DNA of 64,000 bases from Raja brachyura (taxonomy: Eukaryota): positions 16,244,001 through 16,308,000 of the forward strand of contig OY740814.1 in NCBI GenBank assembly GCA_963514005.1, in the 5' to 3' direction. The notes beneath the pieces are model-generated. The model had not been told where the DNA came from. It saw only the letters and a program-made list of their open reading frames with translations, and ran no database searches. Positions 52,597 to 64,000 of this stretch are shown here, piece after piece (the stretch's first letter is position 1; every line of letters begins with the position of its first letter). The translations under genes and the position numbers were made by a program.

Positions 52597-52811
52597 GGTT
52601 ACACAAAAAGCTGGAGAAACTCAGCGAGTGCAGCAGCATCTAAGGAGCGAAGGAGATAGGCGACGTTTCGGGTCGAGAAGTCTGAAGAAGGGTCTCGACC
52701 CGAAACGTCGCCTATCTCCTTCGCTCCTTAGATGCTGCTGCACCCGCTGAGTTTCTCCAGCTTTTTGTGTAACCCTCGATTCTCCAGCATCTGCAGATCC
52801 TTCTTTAACAC
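52597..52811. mobile_element. Young fold-back Penelope-derived element, 14-bp TSD
   Basis: Near-perfect inverted arms; aaagttcctgtgaa at 52583-52596 and 52812-52825. Confidence 0.92.
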
Positions 52812-53689
52812 AAAGTTCCTGTGAATATGAGGATGGTGTGAACCATTGCAGTTTGGGTCACCTGTGCTTGAATTTCGACATCTTAATTGTGGCAAATGAG
52901 AATGGAGGAAGGGTGGCGACCTGGAATGTTGCTTGGCAGTTTCTCTCCTTGATGCTGCTTGACCCGCTGAGCTCCTCCACCAATTAGTTTTTTTCTATTC
53001 GACTTGTAATAGATGTTTAGTGGCAAGGAATTGAATGAAATACTCAAACCAACTCTGTTAAACCAGTGTCTGGAGTTTAACATACAACTCTGCAGTGCCA
53101 TCTCCTGATTGCAGAGTGGATTACCCCGGCAGTGTTGCAGACTTAAACTGTATTGACAGCGGTGCTGTGCAAAGATCGCTCTAGTATCTTTGTGTGGGAT
53201 TTCAACGTCAGACCTCAGATTTACGAGCAATTAGTTCAAAATCTGAGTTAATTACCCTGTCGTTAATGTGAAAGATTATTGGGATTGTTGCTAATTGCAA
53301 GCGTTTGCGTATTATTGGCTGCCACCATAAATCGTGACACTGATTTTCAAAATGTATTTGTATAACGGCCATACCTCAGTGCATTCTGCACCTTCTCGAC
53401 TAATTAAGAACATTATGCAGTCTCATACTTCTTCACAGCATGAAAGGATGCCATTCTGCCCATTCCTCTACTTATTTCCCTGTGATCGATTGTCACTCTC
53501 CTGGAGAACTAGCTGCAGGAGTAGCCATTTGGCCCTTCGCGCCAGCACTCTCATGCCCATTAACTTCTGTGATTCTCCAACCACCCATCTGCACTTTGGG
53601 GTAATTTACAGTAACCAATTAACCTACTGCCCGCCCCGTCTTTTAGTCTCTCCAGCCTCTGTTGTACTTATAATATATAATATTGGTAC

Positions 53690-54930
53690 AATATCTATGC
53701 CGAACCTAATACCAAGGTAAACTAATCTAATATGCCTACATGATCCATACCCCTCTATTCCATTTGCCTACCTTAAAGCCGCTTAAACGCCACTATTGTA
53801 TCTGCCTCCACCACCAGCCCTGGCAGTGCGTTCCAGGCCCCCTCCACACTCTATGTAAACAAAAAAAAATTGCCCCAAACATTTCCTTGACATTTCCACC
53901 CAAGGAAAAGTTTCTAACTCTTATCAATGGCTCTCATAAGTTTAAATACTTCTATCAGGTCTCCTTAACCTCTGGTATTCTAGAGAAAACAATCCAAGTT
54001 TGTCCAAGCCGTCCTTGTAATCCAGACAGGTTTTGTGGATCAACCTGATCCACAATCCGGGCCCAGATCAACCTGTGCCCTCCCCAGTGTTCACAACCTT
54101 CCTTCCTGTAACGGAGTGCCCAGAACAGCGTGAAGTTCTCCAAATGCAGCCTAACCAAAGTCTTATGGAGCTACGTCATAACTTCCTGACTCTTGTACTC
54201 AATGTTCCGACCAATTAAGGTGCCGTCTTTACCACTCTGTCTATTTGTGTTGCCACTCTCAGGGAGCTAAGGTCCTGGACTACAAGATCCCTCTGTACAT
54301 TAATGTTATTGAGGGTCTTCCCATCAACTGTGTGTCTTCCCCTTACATTCAAGCTCCTGAAGTGCCGCACCTCACACTCGCTTGAATTTCATTCTGCCAT
54401 TTCTCCATTCGTTACTGTGGTTGATCTGTGTCCCGCTGTATGCTTGGCGTCTTGATGTCATTTGCAAATTTACTAACTAACCCATCTACATTCACATCTA
54501 AATCACTTGTATAAATCTCAAACAACAGCAGTCCCAGCATAGATCTCTGCAAACTCCAGGGATTTTGGGTAACAGACCTTCAGCCCAGAATAATGTTCTT
54601 TCACCACAACCCTTCTGTGAGTAAGTATGTCCTGAATCCATACGACCAAGTCACTGTGAATCCCGTGAATCTTAATCTTCTGGATCCGCCTATCAGGTGG
54701 GACTTTTATCAAATACCTTACTAAAATTCAGGTAGGAAACAACCATTGCCTTGCCCTTTTTGATCAGTTTTGTCAACTTTTCGAGGCATAGAATTCCCGG
54801 GATTATCTGTGCTTCCTTTCTTAAACAAAGGAACCACATTTGCTACTCAACAGTTTTCTGGCTTGAGAAGTCGAAAAGAACTCCACCAAGACCCCCTATA
54901 ATCTCCTCTCTTGCTTCTCTTAATAACCTT
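53690..54930 (-). mobile_element. Degraded CR1-like LINE ORF2
   Basis: VRLHLENFTLFWALRYRK and KVPPDRRIQKIKIHGIHSDLVVWIQDILTHRRVVV in track ORFs. Confidence 0.8.
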
Positions 54931-55967
54931 TTTTAAATTCAATTACTTATTTCCTTCAGTGCCCCATTGTACTAGACTTTTGGTTTTCTGGTATTTCTGG
55001 CAGGATTATTTTGTCTTCCACAGACAAAGGGTTTGTTTAACGTCTCTGCTATTTCTTAATTGCTTATTATATTCCTTTTCTACCTGTAAGAGATCAACAT
55101 TTTCTCCTTGCTTCTCTTTTCCTGTTGGCCTTCCTACTGAAGCTTGATTCTCAATTTTTATCTTGTCTTTCTTTAAAAATATCTTGGTTCTGAAGTCTTC
55201 CATTCATTGAGTCGACAGCATTTGTGGAAACTTTGTAAGCCTCTTCCTTGACTTTTATATTGTTATAAACTTCTCAAATTGGTCACTTTTCCATTTACTG
55301 GAAAATGAATGTTTTTCATTCATCCTTCACTTCCAGGATGGTTTCCAGCTGTTTGCTGCCTTTCATCCCTTTAAGATTTTAAATTGATTTATTATTGTTT
55401 GTTATTCCAATAATTGTTATTGCTTTAAATCGTGTAACATTTATCATTTTTATTTCATTACAAAAGTGGCTGAGTTCCTCTCTCTCTCTCTCTCCTGTGT
55501 GCTTCAATACTTTATGGTCATTTGTAAATCGTTTCATTAATTGGGTTCAGAATGGCAAACGTTGTGCTTCACTTAATCACAATTCTTCAATTCAAAATAC
55601 AATCGATAGCGAAAGTGCAAGATGTGGGGATCCTAAAATGGGGAGTAGCATTTCTAAAATATTCATTATCATCTCTGGATATGCCAAAGTTGTTTACAGC
55701 CACTTTGAAGTGCATTTATGAAATTGTTATGTAGCTGTCTCGCTAGCAATTTGATCACAATAGGCTCCCACAGCCAGCGTGTGATAATGACCTGCTTTAA
55801 GGACAGTGACTCGGATATAAATTGATAGAATTCTGCGTATTCCTACAAACTATTCTTCAAATATGAAATGAAATCAATGCGGAAAATCAATAGGTTAAGG
55901 GAAGTGGTAGAGGCTGGAACAAATGCTACGTATGAAAGACATTTGGACAGGTACACAACAGGACAGA

Positions 55968-56370
55968 GTTTAGAGATACAGCTTGGAAACAAGTGTGGTC
56001 CACACTAACCATCGGTCACCTGTTCACACTAGTTTTATTTTATCCCACTTTCACATCCGCTCCCTACACACTAGGGGCAATTTGCAGAGGCCAATTAATC
56101 TACAAACCTGCACGCCTTTGACATGGGGGAGGAAACTGGAGCACCCGGAGGAAACCCATGCCGTCACAGGGAGGTAGACAAAAGTGCTGGAGAAACTCAG
56201 CGGGTGCAGCAGCATCTATGGAGCGAAGGAAATGGGCAACGTTTCGGGCCGAAACTGGTCACAGGGAGAATGTGCAAACTCCACCCAAACAGTAGAGAGG
56301 TCAGGATCGAGTCTAGGTCTCTGGCGCTGTGAGGAAGCCTCCCCACCAACTGTGCCACTATGCCGCCTCT
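55968..56370 (-). mobile_element. HE1/V-SINE-like SINE interrupted by a Penelope-derived insert
   Basis: ccaattaatctacaaacctgcacg..ggagcacccggaggaaaccc..gtcaggatcga. Confidence 0.85.
56174..56257 (-). mobile_element. Penelope-derived short element nested in a SINE, 11-bp TSD
   Basis: gtcacagggag at 56163-56173 and 56258-56268. Confidence 0.85.
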
Positions 56371-57144
56371 AAAGATTTGGACAATCTGTAGGGCTTTTCT
56401 TTTATGTGGTCCGTTATTGGCTTTTCATTTGTGAACGTTTGTCAATGTGAAAGGTTAGTTTCTAGTTTCATCACGTGTTTATAGAGCGTTGTGATTATTA
56501 ACACACAATTTTGTTCCAGCTTGGAGAATTTTCACGTTATGAACAATTTTCACATTATGAACAGGACTTTGAATGATTGTTTTTTCTGACTGCGATGCAG
56601 CTCCATGAATATTACATGTAGCAGTTGTCTTTCTACATGTTGAATTGTTCCCATTTGTGACAACCAAACATAGGGCAACTTTTGTCTATTCAGTCGTGAA
56701 TTGTAGGTGTCATGATAGACCAACATTTATTCCCCATTCCTAATAACTCAGAATGTGATGAGCTGCCTTCTTGAACTGTTGCAGTCTTTTTGTTGAAGGC
56801 GGCTCCCTCAGTGCAGTTGGAGATGGAATTCCAGGACTTAGTCCCAGCAATAGAAAGACTGGTGCTTACATCCATGTCAGCCTAGGGTGTCTTGTGTTTG
56901 GTGCATTCTTGTCTGCTGCCTATGTCTTCCTAACTGTCTGAGGTTCTAAGAGGTGCTTTCACTGATGTTGGTCTACAGATTGTATGTAAATGGCACTAAC
57001 TGTCACAGAGGTGTTGCCCTCTCTCTGTGTAATCTATTTCCTTGCTAACCTTTGTTCAAGAATTATACAATCTGGATTGCAGAGGAAGGTTGAATTTGTG
57101 TTCAGAATACACGCTGTTAATATCTTGCCTTTTTACCCCCACAG

Positions 57145-57182
57145 TGAGAGAATCCAGTGTGAAATTACACCAAGTTTCTCAG
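57145..57182 (+). CDS. UACA: UACA-like short linker exon: VRESSVKLHQVSQ
   Basis: Strong acceptor ctttttacccccacag, consensus donor CAG|gtaagt; 38 nt, phase 1 to 0 fits the preceding exon; no stop. Confidence 0.8.
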
Positions 57183-59199
57183 GTAAGTCTTGAAGAATAC
57201 TACATCAGTAAATGACCTGCAGATATCGGAAATCTGAAATAAAGCAACAAATGTTGGAAACACTCAGCAGGTCATGAATAATCTGTGTAGAGAGAAACGG
57301 TCAATGTTTTGGATTCAAGGCCCTTCAACAGCACTGAGTTAACTGCCTCTCTTGCCAGAGGTGCTGCTGCGCCAGCTGAATGGTTTCCAACAATTCCTGT
57401 TCTTTCTATGATTCTTTTCATAGGCTGAATTAATTCCCGCCATACCTTTTTGGTTGAGAATGGTTTGAGTGAATGATACTGGTGCATTTATTTATTTTTT
57501 ATTGTAGGGTGCCTGCCTTCTTGGTCCGATGGGAATAAATGGCAATTGGAGACTTGGCTCTTTGCTCGAACTTAATGTGCACCCTCATTGTCCAAAGATG
57601 GGCTGAATCATACTAAGGTTTTGCCCAATCTCAATATACAATCCTCACCAGTTCTGCATCTTGCTGACTCCTACCCCTCTCATCCCCTCACTGGGTTCTT
57701 TTGTTGTCCCCTCACTGACCTCTCCAATCTCGGTAGAGGTGACTATGAAACTTCTAAAAACTTACCATTTGGTCCAACACAGACTTTTATAGGCCTATAT
57801 GGATCTCCTTACTCACCAAAAAAACATAGTAATAGAATTAGGGCATTCACCCCATCCAGTCTACTCCATCGTTCACTTATGGCTGATCTATGTTTCCTTC
57901 TCAGTCCCATTCTGCTGTCTTCTCCCTGATAAGACTCATATCTGCTATCTGAAATAACCCAGTAAATTCAGCAGAAATGGGCAATATATACCAGTCTTTC
58001 CAGTGAGTTGGACTACGCTGTTTTTCATGCATTGAGAGAGTCCATTTCGTCCAGTGAATCCAGATTGCCTTGGAGAATCCCATTTCCCCACTTATTTCTA
58101 TGGAACCTATTCTGTCACATGCCCATCCACTTCCCTCTGATTCATCTGCACCAGGGATGTGGGCCGCCATTTACCCCACCGACCCACTCATCCTTAGCAT
58201 GGGGGAGGAAACGGGAGGAGAATCAGAAGGAAGCCCACGTGATCACGGAGAGAATGTGCAAACTCTGCACAGCCGTCAGCAGATGCAGGAATAGATGCTG
58301 GTTACTCGTACTGTGAGGCAGCATCACTACCTACCACCCTCCTCAGATAGCTAGCGATTTTCTAAAGATTATTTTTGACAATTGTAAATATTTTGCATCT
58401 TGGTAATAATTCCTGCAGTAAGCCATTGCACTTCGAAATTGGTTCTTGACAGCTTTTGTTGTGATCAGCCATCTGTTGGCAATTGCAGCTGTCCTCCACC
58501 CCTTTGTTTCACGATTCTCCACTCCGACACTCGTGCTGTTTTCAAAGCTCACATGGCGAAATTTGAGAATGATGGAGAGGAAGGCGGACAGGAAAGATGA
58601 TTACATTTCAATCTGTGTTTTAGAATGAGCATGACTGCATAAATGGGTATCTTGGATCAGGCCGTTTGTGATTATTGTGCAAGGTCATTACCTGGTTTTT
58701 GGAAAGAAGGAAATTGAATGACATTAAAATGTCTACTTAAACCTCCAGGCTGCAGACCACAGTGGATAATTCCAGGAGATTTTGAAAGATCTTAAGCAGT
58801 GAAGACATCAGCAGTGAAGTCTGCTGGCACTGTTAAATGCACTTTGAATGGATCCGTTTTTATGAGATGCCGACATTTCTGAAATAATAAATCCAATTAC
58901 GGGGACCAGTTTATCTCTTCCTGTTTTGTTGGTATTTGAGTAGTTGCTGCGGCGGTTCCAAAATGATGGCCATTAGGATTACCAGTCTCCAATCTTTTGT
59001 GGAGCCTTCCTCCAAAATGTGGGCACTGCCTGCAGATCCCTGGGTATATATATCCCTTTGACCATTATCAATGAAGAATTATTATTTTTTTTGTACGGAG
59101 ATAGGCTGAAATACATAATACTGAATTTTGAGCATCGAAGTCCAATATAATTTTAATGGAAGGAGATTTATTCTGGATCCCAAACCGCCCATCTCATTG

Positions 59200-59385
59200 G
59201 AGGCCTCAATTTGGTCTGCACCACTAACCCCACTATTCACTGTGGATCACCATTACTTCTATGCCAATAATCTCCCATCTCATTATGGGACCACCATTAG
59301 TTCTGCCCCTCTGACCCCACAACTCATTGTAGTCCACCATTTTTCTGTACCTCTAACTCCACATCTCATTGTAGACCACTATCGC
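59200..59385. repeat. Degenerate minisatellite, period about 40 bp
   Basis: Recurring ttctg..cctctaaccccaca.ctcattgt.g.ccaccat, about 4 copies. Confidence 0.7.
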
Positions 59386-59746
59386 TAGTTTACAAGGAAG
59401 CATCTTAACTCAGAAGCTGACACGCGCAGAGTGTTTATTCATTGAGACGGAAGCGTGTATTGAAGAAATAAGGATTGGGCAACACATCTGCTTAGCACCT
59501 GTATCTGTTGCTGTTTGTATGCAACCAAAACTAATTATTACTATCTAATCTCTTGCTGCAGCACCGATTCAAAGTTTAGATGGATCAGAGGAAAGGTCAT
59601 GCTAAATGTCAACTGATTGGTGAATGAACTGAGGCACACAGATATTCAATCACAGATAATTCAGTGCACACAAGCTTTAGACTTTGTTTCGCCATTGAAA
59701 AATTCTGTATGTAAAGTGATTGCATTATTTTCCTTAACAATTACAG

Positions 59747-59836
59747 GCTGCTGAAATGCCACAGAAGGTAGATCAAAGACATCTTCCAGTCGAAACCAAT
59801 TTGGCACCGAGTCAGAAGGAGCAGCGCACTATAAAG
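59747..59836 (+). CDS. UACA: UACA-like linker exon: AAEMPQKVDQRHLPVETNLAPSQKEQRTIK
   Basis: Acceptor ttccttaacaattacag, donor AAG|gtatta; 90 nt, phase 0 to 0, open frame. Confidence 0.7.
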
Positions 59837-60124
59837 GTATTATTGTAACATGTTCTTTAACCAGCTAAAGGAAAAAAACAAACTGCTGGAGGAACTGATG
59901 CTGATCTTGACCTGAAATGTTGGCAACTCGTTTCCTTTCACAGACACTGCTCGACTTTCTGAATTCCTCCGACAGTTTTTTTCTGTTGCTCCCAAATCCT
60001 GCCCCTGCAGACTCTTGTGTCCCTAACATCTTTGAAGGTCCATTGTCAATATTCCCCTCATTGAATAATTTACTCTGATGCAATACAGTCCATGGTATGA
60101 CCCTGGCTTGGCAGATATTACTGT

Positions 60125-60290
60125 TTAAGAAGAAACTGCAGATGCTGGAAAATCGAAGGTAGACAAAAATACTGGAGAAACTCAGCGGGTTTGAAGTCTG
60201 AAGAAGGGTTTCGACCCGAAACGTTGCCTATTTCCTTCGCTCCATAGATGCCGCCTCACCCGCTGACTTTCTCCAGCATTTTTGTCTACC
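60125..60290. mobile_element. Partial fold-back Penelope-derived element, 16-bp TSD
   Basis: tggcagatattactgt at 60109-60124 and 60291-60306; core CTGAAGAAGGGTTTCGACCCGAAACGTT from 60198. Confidence 0.9.
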
Positions 60291-61099
60291 TGGCAGATAT
60301 TACTGTCGTCTCGGAATTCAACAGATTGAGGGTTCAATTCCCATCACTGAGATTATCGCACCAATACTCCAGGCCTGCTGGATCTCCCAGTTGCTAACCA
60401 TTTTAACTCCCCTTCCCATTCCCGCACCGACCTTCCTGTAAGGTTTAAAAACTCATCACCTTGCTCCTGTCTGAAGGTTATGGAATACACCAATGGCTGG
60501 TTTGTGAATCCATCGAGCAATGCTGGATGTCAGAAACCCTTCCAAGTATCTGCAAATGAGCCAGATAACTCTTCTCATCTCACTCTTTTGCTTTATGCTA
60601 TCATTCATTTGATAGGCAACGTTAAGCAAGCGCTTTTTCCATCATCATTTCAACGCTCATGATGTTTTTAATTAGTAGCATTTTTATTTTTTTTAATTTA
60701 TGAACAACATTTACTCAACTGTATCCGAATGAATCTGACATTCAGACAGCAAAGGTTGTAGAGAGTCTATCAGGCAGCCATGAGTAGAACTGCACTTTAA
60801 CAGCCAATTGTGCCGCAGAGAAGGGTTAGCAGCAACTGAAGGGCCATATGTCGTAAAATTTCAATGCAGACGGCCATGAAGAGGCACCATCATTAGCCTG
60901 AGGAAGGGTGCCAACCCGAAAGGTCACCTACCCACTTACTCACTGGTACTGCCCGACCCGCCGAGTTACTCCAGCACTTTGTGTTTGTTCACCATCATTA
61001 AACTGTTTCCCCTTCCACGGATGATGCCTGACACACTGCACATTGTTATTTCAGACCTCCAGTATCTCCAGAGAACGGTGCTTCAACCCTTTAGGGTCA

Positions 61100-61440
61100 G
61101 TCACACATTAAGGGGTTGGACACGCTATAGGCATGAAACATGTTCCCGATGTTGGGAGATTCTAGAACCTGGGGCCACAGTTTTAAGAATAAGGGGTAAG
61201 CCATTTAGAACGGAGACGAGGAAACACCTTTTCACAGAGTTGTGAGTGTGGAATTCTCTGCCTCAGCGGACAGTGGAGGCTGATTCTCTGGATGCTTTCA
61301 AGGGAGAGCTAAATAGGGCTCTTAAAGATAGTGGGGTCGGGGGATATGGGGAGAAGGCAGGAACGGGGTACTGATTGTGGATGATCACATTGAATGGTGG
61401 TGCTGGCTCGCAGGGCCGAATGTCTTCCACCTGCACCTAT
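61100..61440 (+). mobile_element. CR1-like LINE 3' end
   Basis: LRIRGKPFRTETRKHLFT; tggaattctctgcctcag; gggccgaatg tail. Confidence 0.85.
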
Positions 61441-61883
61441 TGAAGCAAGCCCTTTTGTCCAATCATCTCAGTCCTATGAGCCCACAGTTGACCGGTATCC
61501 CTCCAAATACTTCTTCTTCCCATACCTATTCAGATGTCTTTTCAATGTAATTGCCGAAAGCACATATCAAATCAATCAGGAAAAACTCACCTCTAGCTCC
61601 TCTTCAGACATTAAAAGATCTAATATATGTTCAGTGTTTCAAATTTCCTTCAATTTATTATTTTAATTTCCTGCACTTGAATTTGTTTCCAATCTCTGTC
61701 ATAGTAATTGCAGATCTGAATAACAAATGTGTTAGTTAAGCACGATTGGACAGACTGCTTCAACCCTGCTCCTCTATTAATGAAATGTGCTATTAAGCAC
61801 AATTTATCTTTGTTGCAAAGTCTAACAAGATCAACATCAACATCGATAGAGCGAAGCCTGTATAACGTTTCCCTGCACAATAA

Positions 61884-62401
61884 AGGGCCTGTCCCACCAT
61901 CATGCGTTTGCATGCGTCTAGCGCGACCAAACGTGGTCGCTTGAGGCGTACGGCCTCGCTGGGCCGGTCCCAATTCGAACCGCGGAGGCGTATGGAGTTG
62001 TGCGGGGCTGGTCCCGACATTATATTCACCAATCAGCTGGGCAGGAGGCGGGCCGACTGAATTTGGACGTCGCACGGCGTCGGGCGGTGACGTCATCGCA
62101 CAACGCCACGCACTAGGCATACGCCCGTCGAGGCGCTGTGTATGCCCGTCGAGGCGCTGCGTACGACGTCGAGATGCTGCGTACGTCCTCAATGCACCTG
62201 CGGGCCGACAGGCCATTGGCGCGCGGAATTTTTGGACGGTGTCAGTTTGTCGGAGCCCCACGCGATATCGAGACCAGCCTCGCACAACTCCATACACCTC
62301 CGGCGATCGAAGTGGGACCGGCCTCGCGAGGCTGTACGACTCAAGCGGCCACGTTAGGTCGCGCTAGCCGCATGCAATCGCATGCTGGTGGGACATGCCC
62401 A
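61884..62401. mobile_element. PIF/Harbinger-like MITE with about 130-bp imperfect TIRs
   Basis: TAA|AGGGCCTGTCCCACC..GGTGGGACATGCCCA|TAA; left arm homologous to 18554-18680. Confidence 0.88.
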
Positions 62402-63329
62402 TAACGTGAAAGGTAGTCATTCTGATATTGAAAGATCCTTGCCCTCTCTCAACCTCGGGATGGTCCAAAGTGCTTTGCAGTCAATGAAGTGTAGTTCACT
62501 GTACAATTTGGTAACCAAATGATGTTTAGCAAGCTTCCACAAACTGCAACGTGAGTGGGGTTTTTTGTTTTTTTCCCCCCCACAAAAAAGATGCTGGTCC
62601 AGGGTCTAATAACGTCAAGAATGGCAGAGAGAACTCTGGCTAGGCTTCAGTCTTGGCTTACTGTCTAGATGAGAAGAGATGGCAGTTCCAACTGAGCAGT
62701 ACTTCCTCAGCATGAAACCAGGAGTGCCCACCTAGATCATATCCTCAAGGCTCTGTGAACAGGACATGTGCACAAAACTTACATCTTGCTACCTTGCTAT
62801 AAACACACAAGGCCCATGATAAAAAGGAACTGTTAGATTTTCACCAGATTGTATATGGCTGTATTTATGTTGGCTTAAGAGATGACATCTTTTAAACCAG
62901 GTGTACAACAGAAATGATCTCTCAGATCTACATTCTACAATATAGGAGGACCACATCAGATCCATAGCATCTCCGAGTAGAACAATCCCCCTCTCCTTAG
63001 TTCTACAGCTTATCCTCTCATGTCCAGAAACTTCCCGTTGACTCCTGTTATTTACCGATACCACTTTGGTTTAGGAGCTCTAAGGTGGCTGATGTGGCCA
63101 AGGAGGGAACCCTAGATACTTCCAAAGATGGGGCAGATTACTGGGTAATTTGTGAGATGATCCACTAATCCCACCACTTAACATGTGCATCAGATGTGCA
63201 ACCTAGAGGTTCACGTACCATTCCAAATGCTCCTTCACCACCTCTTTTTGTCATGGGCGGAGGCCTCCAGAACTTAATGGAAATGTTATCCTTCATCAAG
63301 GAAACTTTGAGCACATCCTAGAATCTGTG

Positions 63330-63480
63330 ATGTGTAGGAAGGAACTGCAGATGCTGATTTAAAACAAAGATAGATACAAAATGCTGGAGTATATCAGCAG
63401 GACAGGCAGAATCTCTGGAGAGAAGGAATGGGTGATGTTACTAGTCGAGACCTTCCTTCAGACTGGAAACATCACCCATT
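63330..63480 (-). mobile_element. Penelope-derived short element, degenerate
   Basis: gtaggaaggaactgcagatgctg..gagaccttccttcagactggaaacatcacccatt. Confidence 0.75.
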
Positions 63481-63659
63481 AATCTCTTGAGTCTGTTGCA
63501 CTGTCTATAATCTCCTACCGCAACAGAGATCAGAATAGTGTCTATTTTAGAAATTTACCACTGGCCGTGTGAGTGACGTTGCCTCCATCATAGCTGTCTG
63601 AGTGCAACTCGAGCCTCAGTGCTGGGACCGAAAGTCAGGGAGACAACCGTGATACTAGT

Positions 63660-63746
63660 GAAGAAGGGTCTCGACCCGAAACGACGCCTATATGCTTCGC
63701 TCCTTAGATGCTGCTGCACCCGCTGAGTTTCTCCAGCCTTTTGTGT
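63660..63746 (+). mobile_element. Minimal (about 87 bp) Penelope-derived element, 15-bp TSD
   Basis: gaagaagggtctcgacccgaaac..; aaccgtgatactagt at 63645-63659 and 63747-63761. Confidence 0.9.
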
Positions 63747-64000
63747 AACCGTGATACTAGTTTGCTGGAAGAGAGAACGTGCTTTAATTAAATAACTTAT
63801 TGCGGCCAATTAACATTCCAGCACATTTTTGAGCACCCAGTGGAAACTGATTCGGGGATGGGAAAATCGTCCTGACTCTACATCAACGTTACCCTCTATC
63901 AAAGCTGAACCTGGATCCCTGGAGCTGCAAAACAGCAGCACCAACCCTGCAACACTACACATTGAGCTATTCAAAATTAGTTTACAAATTTAAAATTGCT

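Larger units (their letters stand above)
34408..59836 (+). other. UACA: Partial gene span: UACA-like ankyrin-repeat protein (UACA/RAI14/ANKRD24 family), 9 exons visible
   Basis: Nine AG/GT-bounded exons (131, 89, 65, 58, 71, 107, 182, 38, 90 nt) join in one open frame giving about 6 ankyrin repeats plus linker. Motifs [49 protein letters not shown] and GCKDAVDVL resemble UACA as I recall it more than RAI14, ANKRD24 or ANKRD35. Confidence 0.8.

Noticed and set aside
61650-62404. Long ORFs (215 aa and others) as a novel gene
   Set aside because: They are stop-poor frames across a GC-rich MITE with no domain motif. The same applies to the ORFs at 18410-19213.

Overview
Eukaryotic, intron-dominated DNA. 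The repeat content (HE1/V-SINE-like SINEs, CR1/HER1-like LINE tails, Penelope-derived repeats) suggests a cartilaginous fish, probably a skate or ray; this is an inference. The + strand carries nine phase-compatible GT-AG exons (34408-59836) of an ankyrin-repeat protein of the UACA/RAI14/ANKRD24 family, best matching UACA. Its first coding exon is uncertain and its coiled-coil exons lie beyond the window. The rest is mostly mobile DNA: a dead Penelope-like element (RT + GIY-YIG), two inverted IR/DR Tc1 copies flanking one exon, three Harbinger-like MITEs, a probable mini-Helitron, and SINE and LINE fragments. The most interesting signal is a family of 90-250 bp elements derived from the Penelope 3' end. 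They carry a minimal hammerhead-ribozyme-like core (CTGAAGA-A-GGGTC-TC-GACCC-GAAAC-GTC) and occur as single, fold-back and triple-tandem insertions, eight of them with 9-16 bp target-site duplications (TSDs). Most ORFs in the supplied track are spurious or transposon fragments. Coordinates were counted by hand, and repeat boundaries are approximate unless a TSD is given.
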